A stretch of 64,000 nucleotides of DNA from Betaproteobacteria bacterium (GCA_009927195.1 RFNL01000372.1:9785-73784), one strand, 5' to 3'. Shown: positions 46,374 through 58,763, numbered from the stretch's first letter. Numbers and translations are program-made. Notes: generated by a model not told the origin, from the letters alone.

Positions 46374-47630
46374 ATGTCTATTGTTGAAGTCAAGGTACCG
46401 CAATTATCAGAATCGGTCGCTGAGGCCACCATGCTTCAGTGGAAAAAGAAGGCTGGCGACCCCGTCGCTGCTGATGAAATTTTGATTGAAATAGAAACGG
46501 ATAAGGTGGTCTTGGAGGTTCCCGCCCCATCAGCAGGTGTATTGGCTGAAATCGTTGTGAATGATGGTGAAACGGTCATTGCGGAGCAATTGATAGCACG
46601 CATTGACACCGATGGCAAAGTCTCTGTTCCCAATGCATCCAAAGCAGAGCAACCTGTGGTCAGCGCGCCATCCGCTGTGGCCTCTGTCGCAACTTCCAGT
46701 GCTCAAAACAAATCAAACGTGGCCATGCCAGCAGCAGCCAAGTTAATGGCTGACCAAGGCATGGCGTCCAACAGCATTTCAGGTTCCGGTAAAGACGGGC
46801 GAATCACAAAAGGCGATGTATTGGCAGCCGTGGCTTCCACTGCCAAACCAAACGCCAGCGCGGTGATTCCCACTGGTGTCCCGGTCATGGCTTTGCCGCA
46901 GGTGACAACGCCTCAATTAGACCTGGGTGAACGGCCCGAACAGCGGGTTCCAATGAGTCGTTTGCGTGCGAGGGTGGCGGAGCGCCTGCTGCAGTCCCAG
47001 GCAACCAATGCCATCTTGACCACCTTCAATGAAGTCAACATGGCGCCTGTGATGGAAATGCGCAAGCGCTTTCAAGAAAAATTCGAAAAAGAGCATGGCG
47101 TCAAAATTGGATTCATGAGTTTTTTCGTCAAGGCAGCGGTACATGCATTGAAAAAATACCCCGTATTGAATGCTTCAGTGGATGGCAGCGATATCGTCTA
47201 TCACGGCTATTTCGACATTGGAATTGCGGTAGGTTCTCCACGCGGTTTGGTCGTTCCGATCTTGCGCAATGCTGATCAGATGAGTTTTGCTGACATTGAG
47301 AAAAAGATTGCTGAGTTTGGTGTGAAAGCCAGAGACGGAAAACTGGGCATGGAGGAAATGACGGGAGGCACCTTCTCAATCAGCAATGGTGGTACCTTTG
47401 GCTCCATGATGTCCACGCCCATCATCAACCCGCCCCAGTCGGCTATTTTGGGGGTTCATGCCACCAAAGACCGTGCCATGGTGGAAAACGGTCAAGTGGT
47501 GGTCCGTCCCATGAATTATTTCGCCATGTCTTATGACCACCGCATCATTGATGGTCGAGAAGCGGTTTTGGGACTGGTGGCCATGAAAGAAGCCCTCGAA
47601 GATCCCGCCCGTTTGTTGTTTGACATCTGA
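46374..47630 (+). CDS. sucB: Dihydrolipoyllysine-residue succinyltransferase E2
   Basis: Lipoyl motif [36 protein letters not shown]. Confidence 0.98.
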   Translation: MSIVEVKVPQLSESVAEATMLQWKKKAGDPVAADEILIEIETDKVVLEVPAPSAGVLAEIVVNDGETVIAEQLIARIDTDGKVSVPNASKAEQPVVSAPSAVASVATSSAQNKSNVAMPAAAKLMADQGMASNSISGSGKDGRITKGDVLAAVASTAKPNASAVIPTGVPVMALPQVTTPQLDLGERPEQRVPMSRLRARVAERLLQSQATNAILTTFNEVNMAPVMEMRKRFQEKFEKEHGVKIGFMSFFVKAAVHALKKYPVLNASVDGSDIVYHGYFDIGIAVGSPRGLVVPILRNADQMSFADIEKKIAEFGVKARDGKLGMEEMTGGTFSISNGGTFGSMMSTPIINPPQSAILGVHATKDRAMVENGQVVVRPMNYFAMSYDHRIIDGREAVLGLVAMKEALEDPARLLFDI

Positions 47631-47641
47631 TTGGATCCGAT

Positions 47642-49069
47642 ATGAGTAAAAAATTTGATGTCATCGTCATCGGTGCTGGCCCAGGTGGTTACATTGCCGC
47701 TATTCGCGCCGCACAACTTGGACTTCAAGTGGCTTGTATTGACGAATGGAAAAACACCGATGGTGGCCCAGCGCCAGGCGGCACCTGCACCAATGTGGGA
47801 TGCATTCCCTCCAAAGCCTTGTTGCAATCTTCTGAGCACTTCGATCACGCCAATCACCACTTCGCTGATCATGGCATATCGGCAACTGGTGTCAAAATGG
47901 ACGTGGCCAAGATGATTGCCCGCAAGGATCATGTTGTAAAACAAAACAACGATGGCATTTTGTATCTGTTCAAGAAAAATAAAGTCACCTTTTTTCACGG
48001 GCGTGGCGCTTTTGCCGGCAATACAGATGCAGGGTATGTGATCCAGGTTTCGGGGGCGACAGAAGAATCCTTGACGGCCCAGCAAATCATCGTTGCCACA
48101 GGGTCCAATGCCCGTGCTTTGCCAGGTGTGCCATTTGATGAAGTCAATATCCTTTCCAATGATGGTGCGCTGCGATTGGGATCGGTACCTAAAAAATTGG
48201 TTTTGATCGGTTCCGGTGTCATCGGATTGGAAATGGGATCGGTGTGGCGTCGTTTGGGTGCGGAGGTAACCATTCTCGAAGGCTTACCCACTTTCCTGGG
48301 CGCCGTGGACGAACAAATAGCCAAAGAAGCCAAGAAGTCTTTCGACAAACAAGGCCTCAAAATTGAGTTGGGTGTGAAAGTTGGCGAAATAGCCCATGTC
48401 AAAAAGGGCGTTACGGTCAATTACACCAATGACAAAGGGGAAAACTTAAAGCTCGATGCTGACAAACTGATTGTCAGCATAGGCCGAATCCCAAACACCA
48501 TTGGCCTGAACGCCGATGCGGTGGGTTTGCAATTGGACGAAAGAGGCGCGATTCGCGTGGACAATGAATGCAAAACAAACCTTCCTGGTGTATGGGCGGT
48601 TGGTGATGTGGTGCGCGGTCCGATGCTTGCCCACAAAGCCGAGGAGGAGGGGGTGGCGGTGGCCGAGCGCATCGCTGGTCAACACGGGCACGTCAATTTC
48701 AATACCATTCCTTGGGTTATCTATACCAGCCCTGAGATCGCGTGGGTTGGAAGGACCGAGCAACAACTCAAAGCAGATGGCGTGGCTTACAAGTCCGGTT
48801 CTTTTCCGTTCTTGGCTAATGGCCGTGCCCGCGCCCTCGGCGATACCACAGGCATGGTGAAGTTTTTAGCCGATGCCCACAGCGATGAAATCTTGGGTGT
48901 CCACATGGTGGGACCCCAAGTCTCTGAATTGATTGCTGAAGCAGTGGTGGCTATGGAGTTCAAAGCCAGCGCTGAGGACATTGCGCGCATTTGTCATGCT
49001 CACCCGTCATTGAGTGAAGCGACCAAGGAAGCGGCTTTGGCGGTCGATAAGAGAACCCTCAACTTTTAA
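47642..49069 (+). CDS. lpdA: Dihydrolipoyl dehydrogenase E3
   Basis: [40 protein letters not shown]. Confidence 0.98.
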   Translation: MSKKFDVIVIGAGPGGYIAAIRAAQLGLQVACIDEWKNTDGGPAPGGTCTNVGCIPSKALLQSSEHFDHANHHFADHGISATGVKMDVAKMIARKDHVVKQNNDGILYLFKKNKVTFFHGRGAFAGNTDAGYVIQVSGATEESLTAQQIIVATGSNARALPGVPFDEVNILSNDGALRLGSVPKKLVLIGSGVIGLEMGSVWRRLGAEVTILEGLPTFLGAVDEQIAKEAKKSFDKQGLKIELGVKVGEIAHVKKGVTVNYTNDKGENLKLDADKLIVSIGRIPNTIGLNADAVGLQLDERGAIRVDNECKTNLPGVWAVGDVVRGPMLAHKAEEEGVAVAERIAGQHGHVNFNTIPWVIYTSPEIAWVGRTEQQLKADGVAYKSGSFPFLANGRARALGDTTGMVKFLADAHSDEILGVHMVGPQVSELIAEAVVAMEFKASAEDIARICHAHPSLSEATKEAALAVDKRTLNF

Positions 49070-49095
49070 TGCATCTCGCACGCTGTCTGGCCTTG

Positions 49096-49120
49096 ACCCG
49101 CTGTCACCAGCGGGTTTTTT
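49096..49120 (+). terminator. Rho-independent terminator after lpdA
   Basis: acccgctg-tcac-cagcgggt followed by a T run. Confidence 0.85.
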
Positions 49121-49192
49121 CTTGATTGCAACACTCGGCTTGAGTTGTGGCAGACTGCAACATGGTTGCTGTTACAGGTAAATTCATTCGTC

Positions 49193-50290
49193 ATGTCCGT
49201 CAAAGATTTATATTTGCTTGAACTAAACCATCGCGGCCATTTCAGTGATCCTTCGCAGTTAAGGGCCATAGAAGCTTTGGACCGTTGTGCGAATGGATGG
49301 GGTATTTACCAGAAAAAAAGATCAAATGCCCTCAAAAAGCTCATAGCTCACCCCGAAATACCCAAAGGCGTTTATATGTTTGGCGGGGTTGGAAGAGGAA
49401 AAAGCTTTTTGATGGACTGCTTTTTTAAATTTGTGCCCATAGAGCGCAAAACACGTTTGCATTTTCACGAGTTCATGCGTGAAGTCCATCGCGAACTCCA
49501 TGATTTGCAAGGCACGATCAATCCCTTGGATGAGCTTGGCAAACGAATCTCCAAGCGATACAAACTTATCTGCTTTGATGAATTTCATGTGGCCGATATC
49601 ACCGATGCAATGATCTTGCACCGGCTTTTGATCGCAATGTTCAAGCACGGCATTGGTTTTGTGACCACCTCCAATTTCAAGCCTGATGATTTGTACCCCA
49701 ATGGATTGCACAGAGATCGACTTCTTCCAGCGATCGAATTGCTCAATGCCCGTCTGGAGGTGATCAATGTGGACAACGGGACAGATTACAGAATGAACAC
49801 CTTGGATCAGGCGCACCTCTACCATACACCCTTGACCACCAGTGCGAAACAAATGATGTCTGAGACCTTTGATCGACTGGCAGAGTGTCCTGATCAAGGG
49901 GCTTCATTGGTCATTGAGTCACGCACGATTTACGCCATCAGACGAGCCGGCGGCGTAATTTGGTTTGACTTTCATCAGCTTTGCGGTGGTCCGCGTTCAC
50001 AAAATGACTATCTTGAAATAGCCGCACAGTTTCACACAGTATTTTTAAGCGATGTCCCCCAAATGTCAGAAGCGATGGCCTCGCAAGCGCGGCGCTTTAC
50101 ATGGCTGATTGATGTCTTGTATGACAGGCACATCAAACTCATCGTGTCCGCCGAGGTTCTGCCAGAAAGCCTATACGTTCAAGGGCCTCTTTCTCACGAG
50201 TTTCCGCGCACGATATCCAGGCTGCAAGAGATGCAATCATCTGAATATTTGGCATTGGGACGTCGGGTTGTCGATACGGCTCTGACATGA
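49193..50290 (+). CDS. zapE: Cell division ATPase ZapE (AFG1 family)
   Basis: GVYMFGGVGRGKSFLMD, HFHEFM, CFDEF.V.DI.DAMIL, TSN..PDDLY.NGL.R, RRFTWLID.LYD. Confidence 0.95.
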   Translation: MSVKDLYLLELNHRGHFSDPSQLRAIEALDRCANGWGIYQKKRSNALKKLIAHPEIPKGVYMFGGVGRGKSFLMDCFFKFVPIERKTRLHFHEFMREVHRELHDLQGTINPLDELGKRISKRYKLICFDEFHVADITDAMILHRLLIAMFKHGIGFVTTSNFKPDDLYPNGLHRDRLLPAIELLNARLEVINVDNGTDYRMNTLDQAHLYHTPLTTSAKQMMSETFDRLAECPDQGASLVIESRTIYAIRRAGGVIWFDFHQLCGGPRSQNDYLEIAAQFHTVFLSDVPQMSEAMASQARRFTWLIDVLYDRHIKLIVSAEVLPESLYVQGPLSHEFPRTISRLQEMQSSEYLALGRRVVDTALT

Positions 50291-52323
50291 CATCTCTCCA
50301 TTCCGCTGAAAAAAACCTGTCTCATAGGGTTGCGGATACCTTTGCGGAAGGAGGATTGCTATCCAGATTGGCCAATTCATTTCATGTCCGTGATGGGCAA
50401 GTAGAAATGGCAATGGCCGTGTCAGATCAAATTGAAAAAGGCGGCGCCTTGGTGGTTGAAGCAGGAACTGGGGTTGGCAAAACATATGCTTACCTAGTGC
50501 CCTCGCTGCTGTGTGGGGAACGCATATTGATATCCACGGCCACCAAAGCCTTGCAAGATCAATTGTTCAAGAGAGATATTCCTACTTTGGTCAATGCCCT
50601 CGGTTTACCGATTCGTTTGGCTTTACTCAAAGGAAGAAGCAATTACCTGTGCACTCATCGCTTGCGCCAAAGCCAGACACAAGCGTTGAATCTGGACCGA
50701 TGGGTGCGCATGGACATGGTCAAAATACAAATATGGGCACAACAAACCCTGACCGGAGATTTGTCCGAGGTCGATGGCTTGAATGAACAATCAAAAGCCA
50801 TTGAGTGGGTGACTTCGACCCGAGACAATTGCTTGGGATCAATCTGTCCAGATTTTCGAACTTGTCACGTCGTGGAGGCGCGCCGAAAAGCCCTGTCATC
50901 AGATGTGGTGGTCATCAACCACCATTTGTTTTTTGCAGATATTGCAGTTCGTGAGTCGGGCGTCGCTGAATTCTTACCCGCATCGCGGGTTGTTGTCTTT
51001 GACGAGGCGCATCAACTCAATGAGACGGGTGTGGCTTTTTTGGGCAAAAGCCTATCCAACGCCCAATTGATGGATTTGCGGCGCGACACATTGGTCGCTG
51101 GACTGCAAATGGCCAGGGGAATGGCCGATTGGAATGGACTTTGCATCGCTTTGGAAAAATCAGCCCGTGATTGGCGTTTGGCCATGCCCAAGCAGGTACC
51201 GGGAGGCCGTTTGGGTTGGGAGGACAGCGCCCCTGAGGGCTGCCATCCCGAGGTTTGGCAACAGGTGATGTCTGATGTCGCAGTCGCATTGTCAAATTTG
51301 GCAACGGCTTTGGATTCGGTGAGCGAAATTGCGCCAGATTTCTTGCGTTTGAATGAACGGACCCATCAATTGGGACAAAGGGTGGCGCAATTTTTTCAAC
51401 CGGCAGCCGACTCCAGTGTCCGATGGCTTGAGATCAACGGTCAAGTCAAATGTGTTGAATCTCCCTTGGATATTGCAGAGGTCATCCAATCAAAACTCAT
51501 GACGCCATTGGAGGCGCAAAATGAAGCGCAAGTTTCAAAAACTTGGATTTTTACCTCGGCCACATTAGGCGATGAACCCACGCTTAAATGGTTCACGCAA
51601 CCAGTTGGCTTGGCCGATGCCAGGATCTTGCGCGTGGAAAGTCCGTTTGACTATCCTGCTCAATCGCTGTTACATGTCCCCAGTGATTTTCCAAAACCGC
51701 TGGACCCGAGGCACAGCATGGAGGTGGCTTTTTTGGCCGCAACAGGCGCTCGATTGTTGGGGGGCAGAACCTTGATTCTGACCACCAGCTTAAGGGCAAT
51801 GACGGTTATTGGCGAACAATTAATTAAAGCCTTCACGGATGATCCTTCCATAGACGTCTTGATTCAAGGGCAATGGCCCAAACGTCGCCTGATGGAAAGA
51901 TTCCGCCAAGGCGATCGTGAGGGACTGCCAGGTTGTGTCATGGTTGCATCCGCCAGTTTTTGGGAAGGATTTGATGTCCCAGGAGAATCCTTGCAATTGC
52001 TGATCATCGATAAATTGCCATTTCCCGCACCCAGCGATCCATTGGTCAAAGCAAGGTCCAAAAACCTGGAGTCCAATGGTGGAAATGCTTTCAATGACCA
52101 TGCCTTGCCAGAGGCCATCGTGACTTTGAAACAAGGCGCTGGGCGACTGATTCGCAATGAGGCCGATCGCGGTGGTGTGTTGATCGCTGATACGCGAATG
52201 CGCAGCGCATCCTATGGGGAACGTATTTTTTCAGCTTTGCCCAATATGCGGAGAATTGATCAAACTGATTTGTTTTGGAATGAGTTGTCAAAAATCACCA
52301 GAGTTTCCACCAAGGTTTCTTGA
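50287..52323 (+). CDS. yoaA: DinG/YoaA family ATP-dependent DNA helicase
   Basis: EAGTGVGKT, KGRSNYLC, C...CP....C Fe-S cysteines, DEAH, TSATL, SFWEGFD, QGAGRLIR. Confidence 0.93.
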   Translation: MTSLHSAEKNLSHRVADTFAEGGLLSRLANSFHVRDGQVEMAMAVSDQIEKGGALVVEAGTGVGKTYAYLVPSLLCGERILISTATKALQDQLFKRDIPTLVNALGLPIRLALLKGRSNYLCTHRLRQSQTQALNLDRWVRMDMVKIQIWAQQTLTGDLSEVDGLNEQSKAIEWVTSTRDNCLGSICPDFRTCHVVEARRKALSSDVVVINHHLFFADIAVRESGVAEFLPASRVVVFDEAHQLNETGVAFLGKSLSNAQLMDLRRDTLVAGLQMARGMADWNGLCIALEKSARDWRLAMPKQVPGGRLGWEDSAPEGCHPEVWQQVMSDVAVALSNLATALDSVSEIAPDFLRLNERTHQLGQRVAQFFQPAADSSVRWLEINGQVKCVESPLDIAEVIQSKLMTPLEAQNEAQVSKTWIFTSATLGDEPTLKWFTQPVGLADARILRVESPFDYPAQSLLHVPSDFPKPLDPRHSMEVAFLAATGARLLGGRTLILTTSLRAMTVIGEQLIKAFTDDPSIDVLIQGQWPKRRLMERFRQGDREGLPGCVMVASASFWEGFDVPGESLQLLIIDKLPFPAPSDPLVKARSKNLESNGGNAFNDHALPEAIVTLKQGAGRLIRNEADRGGVLIADTRMRSASYGERIFSALPNMRRIDQTDLFWNELSKITRVSTKVS

Positions 52324-53107
52324 GGGGGTCTGCCGATGGGGGAACTTTGACAATTGGATTACCAAGGACGGGATTGTTGGGAAAGTTCATTTCCAGTATC
52401 CGCTTGTTGTCATCGCGCAATTCTTTGAGGCCTAGGGTGTCATAACAGCGAACCAAGATACCCAAAGCCTCTTCAACGGATTCAGACGCTGGAAAATCTT
52501 TAACAACCGATTGGGCTCGATTCACCGCGGCCACGCAGGCACCGGTTCGCAGGTAGTACTTGGCCACATTCAGTTCAGAACGTGCCAAGGTATTGACAAT
52601 ATATTGCATGCGGGCGATTGCATCGCTCGCATAACGAGATTCTGGGAACCGAGTGACCAGTTCTTTGAATGCCTCAAAGGATTGGCGTGCGGCCAACTGA
52701 TCTCGCTCAGATAAATCTGGTTTGAGGATGCCGCCCAATAAGCCCAGGTCATCGTTGAAATTGATGGTTCCTTTGAGGTAGAGGGCGTAATCGAGCGCGG
52801 GATTGACGGGGTTGAGCCGAATGAAGCGGTCCAAAGTTGCCACGGCCAAAATGGGCTCATTGTTTTTGTACTGCGCGAACGCTTTTTCAAGTTGAGCCTG
52901 TTGCGACAAGACGGTTCCAGCCGCCCTTCCTTCCAACTTGTCATACAAGCCAATGGCTTTTTCATATGCGCCTGCGGCCATTTCACTTTTGGCCTCCTCG
53001 TGCAATTTTTCAACCGTCCAACCAGCGGTGGGATCTGAGTCAGTTGCGCACCCGACAACGGTTATCAGCATCCCTATAAGGATTGATAATCTAAATATTC
53101 CTTGCAT
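52295..53107 (-). CDS. bamD: Outer membrane assembly lipoprotein BamD
   Basis: Lipobox VVGC, TPRs, DYALYLKG, RDQ.AAR.SF..F..LV.RFP.SRY; divergent from rluD. Confidence 0.95.
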   Translation of the reverse strand: MQGIFRLSILIGMLITVVGCATDSDPTAGWTVEKLHEEAKSEMAAGAYEKAIGLYDKLEGRAAGTVLSQQAQLEKAFAQYKNNEPILAVATLDRFIRLNPVNPALDYALYLKGTINFNDDLGLLGGILKPDLSERDQLAARQSFEAFKELVTRFPESRYASDAIARMQYIVNTLARSELNVAKYYLRTGACVAAVNRAQSVVKDFPASESVEEALGILVRCYDTLGLKELRDDNKRILEMNFPNNPVLGNPIVKVPPSADPLKKPWWKLW

Positions 53108-53145
53108 TCAACAACCTTTTCATACCCAATCATTCATTATCAATC

Positions 53146-54183
53146 ATGTTGCAATCCACGTCTTCTGTTGAACCTGATGAGGCCATTGCCGAATGGGCAA
53201 CATTGGATGATGAATGGATAGAAATGTCGACTGCTCAACCACTGCAGGTTGAGTTTAGGCAAATTCTCATCTCTCCAGAGCAACATGGCATGAGATTTGA
53301 CATGGCTTTGAGTCTAGTGCTGGAGGATTTTTCGCGCAGCTACGTCCATACGCTGATTGCTCAACAGCGGGTCAAAGCCTTGAACAGCTTGGGGCAGGGA
53401 TTTTTAAAGCCCTCCACCAAAGTCAAAGCGGGGCAGCAATTTGAAGTGGAAATCAGGCCCAGTTTGCAAAGCCAGGCCTACAAACCTCAACCCATGGAGA
53501 TTGAGACCATTTTTGAAGATGACCATTTGCGCGTTATTGCCAAGCCAGCGGGATTGGTTGTCCATCCTGCACCTGGCAATTGGACTGGCACTTTGCTCAA
53601 TGGATTGTTGGCGCTTGATCAGATGTCTTGGCATTTGCCCAGAGCCGGCATCGTTCACAGATTGGACAAAGACACCACAGGTTTGATGGTGGTTGCACGC
53701 ACCCGCGCTTGTATGGATGCTTTGACAACTCTCATCTCACAGCGGCAAATCAAACGGCAATATTTGGCATTGGTGCACCACGCATGGCAGGGCTCAGGCA
53801 GGGATGTGGAGTTGCCCATTGGCCGTGATCCCAGGCAACGTTTGCGAATGGCGGTGGTTGATCAGGCGCGATACCCCGGTAAGTACGCAAAAACACACTT
53901 TGACTGTCTGGACAGCAATGATCAAGCCAGTTTGCTCCATTGCACACTGTCGACGGGCAGGACCCATCAAATTCGGGTTCATTTGTCTCACTTGGGGCAT
54001 CCTTTGGTGGGCGATGCCCTTTATGGCGGTAAATCTTTGGCCCAACTGGCCCGTCAGGCCCTTCATGCCCATCGACTGGGGTTTCTTCATCCCATGACCG
54101 GAAAGGCCTGCCAATGGATACAACCCTTGCCCACAGACATGATGACGGCTCTTGAAACATTGGGCCTAAGCTACAATCCCTGA
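53146..54183 (+). CDS. rluD: 23S rRNA pseudouridine synthase RluD
   Basis: S4 domain, [48 protein letters not shown]. Confidence 0.95.
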   Translation: MLQSTSSVEPDEAIAEWATLDDEWIEMSTAQPLQVEFRQILISPEQHGMRFDMALSLVLEDFSRSYVHTLIAQQRVKALNSLGQGFLKPSTKVKAGQQFEVEIRPSLQSQAYKPQPMEIETIFEDDHLRVIAKPAGLVVHPAPGNWTGTLLNGLLALDQMSWHLPRAGIVHRLDKDTTGLMVVARTRACMDALTTLISQRQIKRQYLALVHHAWQGSGRDVELPIGRDPRQRLRMAVVDQARYPGKYAKTHFDCLDSNDQASLLHCTLSTGRTHQIRVHLSHLGHPLVGDALYGGKSLAQLARQALHAHRLGFLHPMTGKACQWIQPLPTDMMTALETLGLSYNP

Positions 54184-54259
54184 TCAAATCAAATTGATTT
54201 CTGTTTGGTACCCAGGCCTTGCAAGGGTGCCCATCACGGATCTACCAGTTTCACACGCA

Positions 54260-54892
54260 ATGAATACCTCGGAGGCCAAACGTGTCCTCGAAACCGTGCT
54301 AATTTGCGCCCAGCAACCCATTGCGGTCAAGGATTTGCGGGCGCTTTTTCAGGATCAACTTGGCGCTGACACCATCAAGTCACTCCTGACGGATTTGCAA
54401 CTTGACTGGGCCCAGCGTGGGGTTGAGTTGGTGCATGTTGCTAGCGGTTGGCGGTTCCAAAGTAAACCAGAAATGCGCAAATATTTGGATCGACTTCATC
54501 CGGAAAAGCCACCCAAATATTCTCGTGCTGCATTGGAAACGCTGGCCATCATCGCTTACCGCCAGCCGGTGACTCGCGGCGACATGGAGGATGTGCGAGG
54601 TGTCACCATCAACTCTTTGGTGATCAAACAATTGGAAGACAGGGGCTGGGTTGAAGTCATAGGTCATAGAGAATCGGTTGGACGGCCTGCTTTGTATGCA
54701 ACGACACGCCAGTTTCTCGATGATCTTGGCTTGGCCTCCCTCGATCAATTACCAGCCTTGGAAACGCCAAGCGATCGTTTTCATGCATTGACAGCGCTTG
54801 AATCCATATCGGATATGGTTGAAGCCGATTTGCACAACATGTCCAAGGTGGATGCAAACACCAGTGAAGAGCAAGCATCCTCCCATGGCTGA
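54260..54892 (+). CDS. scpB: SMC-Scp complex subunit ScpB
   Basis: [38 protein letters not shown]. Confidence 0.96.
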   Translation: MNTSEAKRVLETVLICAQQPIAVKDLRALFQDQLGADTIKSLLTDLQLDWAQRGVELVHVASGWRFQSKPEMRKYLDRLHPEKPPKYSRAALETLAIIAYRQPVTRGDMEDVRGVTINSLVIKQLEDRGWVEVIGHRESVGRPALYATTRQFLDDLGLASLDQLPALETPSDRFHALTALESISDMVEADLHNMSKVDANTSEEQASSHG

Positions 54893-55922
54893 TCATCGCG
54901 GCCGCTCAAGCAAAAAGGGAGGAGTATTTATCGCAGATGGGGATGCAACCCATCGATTTGCAGATGTTATTTCGGGCGATTTCGATGCCGATGCATCACC
55001 CGTTGCTTCCGTGGCAACAGGAAAAAGGGTATTGATGCCCCAGGCAGACAGTCCCAAGTTACACAAAATACTTGCGCAGTCTGGTTTTGGTTCTCGTGTG
55101 GAGATGGAGGAACTCATCGCCCAAGGGAAAATCACTGTCAATGACGCCCCAGCCCATATTGGCCAACGCGTTCAGGTGGGCGATCATGTCAAACTGGCGG
55201 GCAAACCCCTGAAGCTTCGCTTTGCTCCACCACCATTGCGGGTCATTGCATATCACAAGCCAGTGGGCGAAGTGGTCACCATGGATGACCCGCAAAACAG
55301 GCCAACTGTATTTCGCAAGTTGCCTCGCTTGTGGCAGGGCAAGTGGCAGTCGGTGGGGCGATTGGATCTCAACACCGAGGGTTTGTTGCTGCTGACCAGT
55401 TCAGGTGAATTGGCCAATCAATTGATGCACCCCCGCTTTGGACTGGAGCGCGAATATGCGGTTCGCGTATTGGGTGCTTTGAGCAATGAGGAAAAGCAAA
55501 AATTGCAAGATGGTGTGGCCCTTGAAGACGGACCAGCCCGCTTTGGCAGCATTCAAGATGGAGGCGGCGAAGGTGCCAATTGTTGGTACCGGGTGACCAT
55601 TTCAGAGGGACGCAATCGAGAGGTCCGGCGAATGCTTGAGTCATTGGGTCATGCTGTGAGTCGGCTTATTCGGATCAGATATGGGGCTGTGGTTTTACCC
55701 AAGGGTTTAAAGCGAGGCGCGTGGATGGAGTTGGATGTGGCAGACATCAACGCACTTTTACAAGCTGTGGTCAATACCGATTCCACAACCGGCCCTCAAG
55801 CATTGCCAAGCTTGATTGGCGCTGACAGTTTGCGCCGCCAGCGAAAAACCACGGTCAATCAGCGCAAACGCACCAGACAGCCCACAGGAACCGCACGCGC
55901 CAAGCAAGTAAATGACCGTTGA
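54885..55922 (+). CDS. rluB: Pseudouridine synthase RluB
   Basis: [30 protein letters not shown]....[22 protein letters not shown]; ATG 54885 overlaps the scpB end. Confidence 0.93.
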   Translation: MADHRGRSSKKGGVFIADGDATHRFADVISGDFDADASPVASVATGKRVLMPQADSPKLHKILAQSGFGSRVEMEELIAQGKITVNDAPAHIGQRVQVGDHVKLAGKPLKLRFAPPPLRVIAYHKPVGEVVTMDDPQNRPTVFRKLPRLWQGKWQSVGRLDLNTEGLLLLTSSGELANQLMHPRFGLEREYAVRVLGALSNEEKQKLQDGVALEDGPARFGSIQDGGGEGANCWYRVTISEGRNREVRRMLESLGHAVSRLIRIRYGAVVLPKGLKRGAWMELDVADINALLQAVVNTDSTTGPQALPSLIGADSLRRQRKTTVNQRKRTRQPTGTARAKQVNDR

Positions 55923-56011
55923 TCCTCGCGCTGGATGCCCGCCGTATCACGACTCGGTTAAAATAATTCACCTTTTCAGCCTGTTTGGCTGCTTTTTACA
56001 AGAGAAATTTC

Positions 56012-56437
56012 ATGTCGATTGAACGCACCCTGTCCATCATCAAACCCGATGCTGTAGCCAAAAACGTGATAGGCCAAATCTATGCTCGATTCGAAGGCGC
56101 TGGCCTGAAAATCGTGGCATCCAAAATGATCCACCTTTCCACCGCTCAGGCCCAAGCCTTTTATGCGGTTCACAAAGACCGCCCTTTTTTCAAGGATTTG
56201 GTTGATTTCATGGTGTCTGGTCCGGTCATGATTCAGGTTTTGGAGGGGGAGGGTGCGATTTTGAAAAATCGCGACTTGATGGGCGCCACCGATCCTAAAA
56301 AAGCAGTCAAAGGAACCATCCGTGCAGATTTCGCTGAGAGCATTGATGCCAATGCGGTTCATGGCTCTGACGGCCCTGAAACGGCAAATGCCGAGATTGC
56401 CTTCTTTTTTGCAGGAATGAACACCTACTCTAGGTGA
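56012..56437 (+). CDS. ndk: Nucleoside diphosphate kinase
   Basis: [27 protein letters not shown]. Confidence 0.98.
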   Translation: MSIERTLSIIKPDAVAKNVIGQIYARFEGAGLKIVASKMIHLSTAQAQAFYAVHKDRPFFKDLVDFMVSGPVMIQVLEGEGAILKNRDLMGATDPKKAVKGTIRADFAESIDANAVHGSDGPETANAEIAFFFAGMNTYSR

Positions 56438-56480
56438 ACTCCGACCAGGTCTGTGTGACTGAACGCAGGTTCTCTCTGCC

Positions 56481-57608
56481 ATGAAGACCAATCTGCTGGA
56501 ATTTGATCTTCTTGGCCTCCAAACTTTTTGTGAAAGTCTGGGTGAGAAGCGTTTCCGCGCCCAACAATTGTTTCGCTGGATTCACCAAAGGGGCGAATCA
56601 GACTTTGATCGAATGTCAGATCTTGCCTTGCCTTTCAGGGCGCTCCTTCTTCAACACGCCAAAGTAGAGGGTTTGGATCCGGTTGCAACCCATAAATCCA
56701 AAGACGGAACCATCAAATGGCTCTTTTCTGTCGGTGAAAACAACGCCATTGAAACGGTCTTTATCCCAGAGGATGACCGTGGAACCCTGTGTATTTCTTC
56801 TCAAGTGGGTTGTGCGGTGGGTTGTCGCTTTTGCTCAACCGGCCACCAAGGATTCAGTCGAAATTTGACCACTGCGGAAATCATTGCCCAACTGTGGATG
56901 GCGGAGCACCAGTTGCGTCGTCAATCAGGGCAAAACGCCAGAGTCATTTCAAATGTGGTGATGATGGGCATGGGCGAACCATTGCAAAACTACTCAGCCT
57001 TGTTGCCCGCGCTCAAAACCATGCTGGATGACCATGGGTATGGGTTGTCGCGGCGAAGGGTGACCGTTTCCACCTCTGGCGTGGTTCCCATGATCGACCG
57101 ATTGGGACAAGATTGTCCTGTGGCCTTGGCCGTCTCCTTGCACGCACCGACGGATCCGCTGCGCAATGGGTTGGTACCGCTGAATCTGAAATACCCTTTG
57201 ACTGAATTGTTGCAAGCTTGCTCCCGCTATTTGGCCCATGCGCCCCGCGACTTCATCACTTTTGAATATTGCATGCTGGCAGGTGTCAATGACCAAGCAG
57301 CGCATGCGCAAGCATTGATTGACTTGGTGACCCAACATGCCCAGGGCAAAGGTTTGTCCTGCAAATTCAATTTAATACCCTTTAACCCTTTTCCCGCTTC
57401 GGGTTTGGTTCGATCTGAGCCGGGCGTTGTTCAAAGGTTCGCCCAGCAACTTCAGCAAGCAGGTATCGTCACCACGGTGCGCAAAACCCGTGGTGATGAT
57501 ATTGACGCAGCCTGCGGCCAATTGGCTGGTGATGTGGTTGATCGCACCCATGCTGTCGAACGCATGACCAAGCACCGCACCATTGACTTGGTGTCTGTGT
57601 CTTCGTGA
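56481..57608 (+). CDS. rlmN: Dual-specificity RNA methyltransferase RlmN (radical SAM)
   Basis: [37 protein letters not shown]. Confidence 0.97.
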   Translation: MKTNLLEFDLLGLQTFCESLGEKRFRAQQLFRWIHQRGESDFDRMSDLALPFRALLLQHAKVEGLDPVATHKSKDGTIKWLFSVGENNAIETVFIPEDDRGTLCISSQVGCAVGCRFCSTGHQGFSRNLTTAEIIAQLWMAEHQLRRQSGQNARVISNVVMMGMGEPLQNYSALLPALKTMLDDHGYGLSRRRVTVSTSGVVPMIDRLGQDCPVALAVSLHAPTDPLRNGLVPLNLKYPLTELLQACSRYLAHAPRDFITFEYCMLAGVNDQAAHAQALIDLVTQHAQGKGLSCKFNLIPFNPFPASGLVRSEPGVVQRFAQQLQQAGIVTTVRKTRGDDIDAACGQLAGDVVDRTHAVERMTKHRTIDLVSVSS

Positions 57609-58144
57609 TGGTCGCAGGCTTCCAAATGCGGCTGATTGCCTCAATGGCTGGCTTGCTTCTTTGTGCGTGTGGATCGTTTTTGTCTGTTCCTGCTTCAAGC
57701 GATGACGCTCCTGTGGGTGTATGGACCCTTCCAGCCGATCCATCGGCCAACCGCGCCAGAGCCAAAGCTCGCCTCGAGTTGGGTCAAGCTTACTTTGAAC
57801 AAGGTCAAATGCAGATTGCCATGCAAGAAATTGCTTTGGCTCAAGCTGCTGATCCGCAGTGGATTGCTGTGTTCAACTTGAAAGCGCTGGTGTTGGAGCG
57901 CATGGGCCAATTTCAATTGGCGCGCAGCAGTTTTGAGGATGGTCTGCGCATGGCTCAGCGCCACCCCAGTTTGGGCACTGAGTTGGCTGACCTCCAACAC
58001 AATTGGGGATTGTGGCTTTGTACCCATGGTGAAACCGATAAAGGCATGGTTCAGTTCAACCGTGCCATGTCCCAACCGGGTTATGCCTTGCGGGAAAAAA
58101 CCCAATTGGCCCTGAATCGGTGCCTCCAAATGGCCAGGGGTTGA
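57608..58144 (+). CDS. pilW: Short PilW/PilF-like TPR lipoprotein
   Basis: Lipobox LCAC, RA..RLELG..YF..GQ..IA..E, HNWG..LC..G, A...PGY; conserved position between rlmN and rodZ. Confidence 0.8.
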   Translation: MVAGFQMRLIASMAGLLLCACGSFLSVPASSDDAPVGVWTLPADPSANRARAKARLELGQAYFEQGQMQIAMQEIALAQAADPQWIAVFNLKALVLERMGQFQLARSSFEDGLRMAQRHPSLGTELADLQHNWGLWLCTHGETDKGMVQFNRAMSQPGYALREKTQLALNRCLQMARG

Positions 58145-58145
58145 T

Positions 58146-58763
58146 GTGACCGAAACATCCGTACAACTGATCGTGACGGCAGGCTCTTGGTTAAAACAAC
58201 AAAGAGAGCAGGCGCAAATCTCTGTGGAGGGTATTAGCGATGCCTTGAAAGTACATCCCCATCGATTGATGGCTTTGGAAGCTGATAATTGGGACCGCCT
58301 TCCCGACACTTTGTTCATTCGCAGTTTGGCCTTGGGTGTTTGTCGCCATTTGCGTGCTGATGAAAAAACGTTGCTGCCACTTTTGCCAGCACTGCCCCAA
58401 AGAGACCTGAATGTGATGCTGAGCAATATGCCATCGATCCCACTTCAGCCCAAGCGTTGGTCAGGACCGATGCTTTTCAACTCTTTACATTGGGTCAACA
58501 CCACCAGAAAAATGGCGCTTGCCTTTTTCGGTTTGCTGCTGGTCCTCTTTTTGTTACTGCAGTGGGACTCAGGTATCCCGAGCACAGCGTCAATCACTTT
58601 ATGGGCGCCTGACTGGTTCAAGGATAAATCCAACACATCCTTCACACCTGCAGTGCAGGCCGTTAATGCCAATCAAATTGACATTGAAAAAAATCTCAAA
58701 ACTGTCATCACGCCGGTTGTTCCAATGGCATTGAAGTCAAATTCTGGAAATTCAACCCCCTAG
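58146..58763 (+). CDS. rodZ: RodZ-like HTH membrane protein with short periplasmic part
   Basis: G..L...RE...S...I...LKV....L.ALE......LP...F.R.L...VCR.L; one TM; upstream of ispG. Confidence 0.82.
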   Translation: MTETSVQLIVTAGSWLKQQREQAQISVEGISDALKVHPHRLMALEADNWDRLPDTLFIRSLALGVCRHLRADEKTLLPLLPALPQRDLNVMLSNMPSIPLQPKRWSGPMLFNSLHWVNTTRKMALAFFGLLLVLFLLLQWDSGIPSTASITLWAPDWFKDKSNTSFTPAVQAVNANQIDIEKNLKTVITPVVPMALKSNSGNSTP

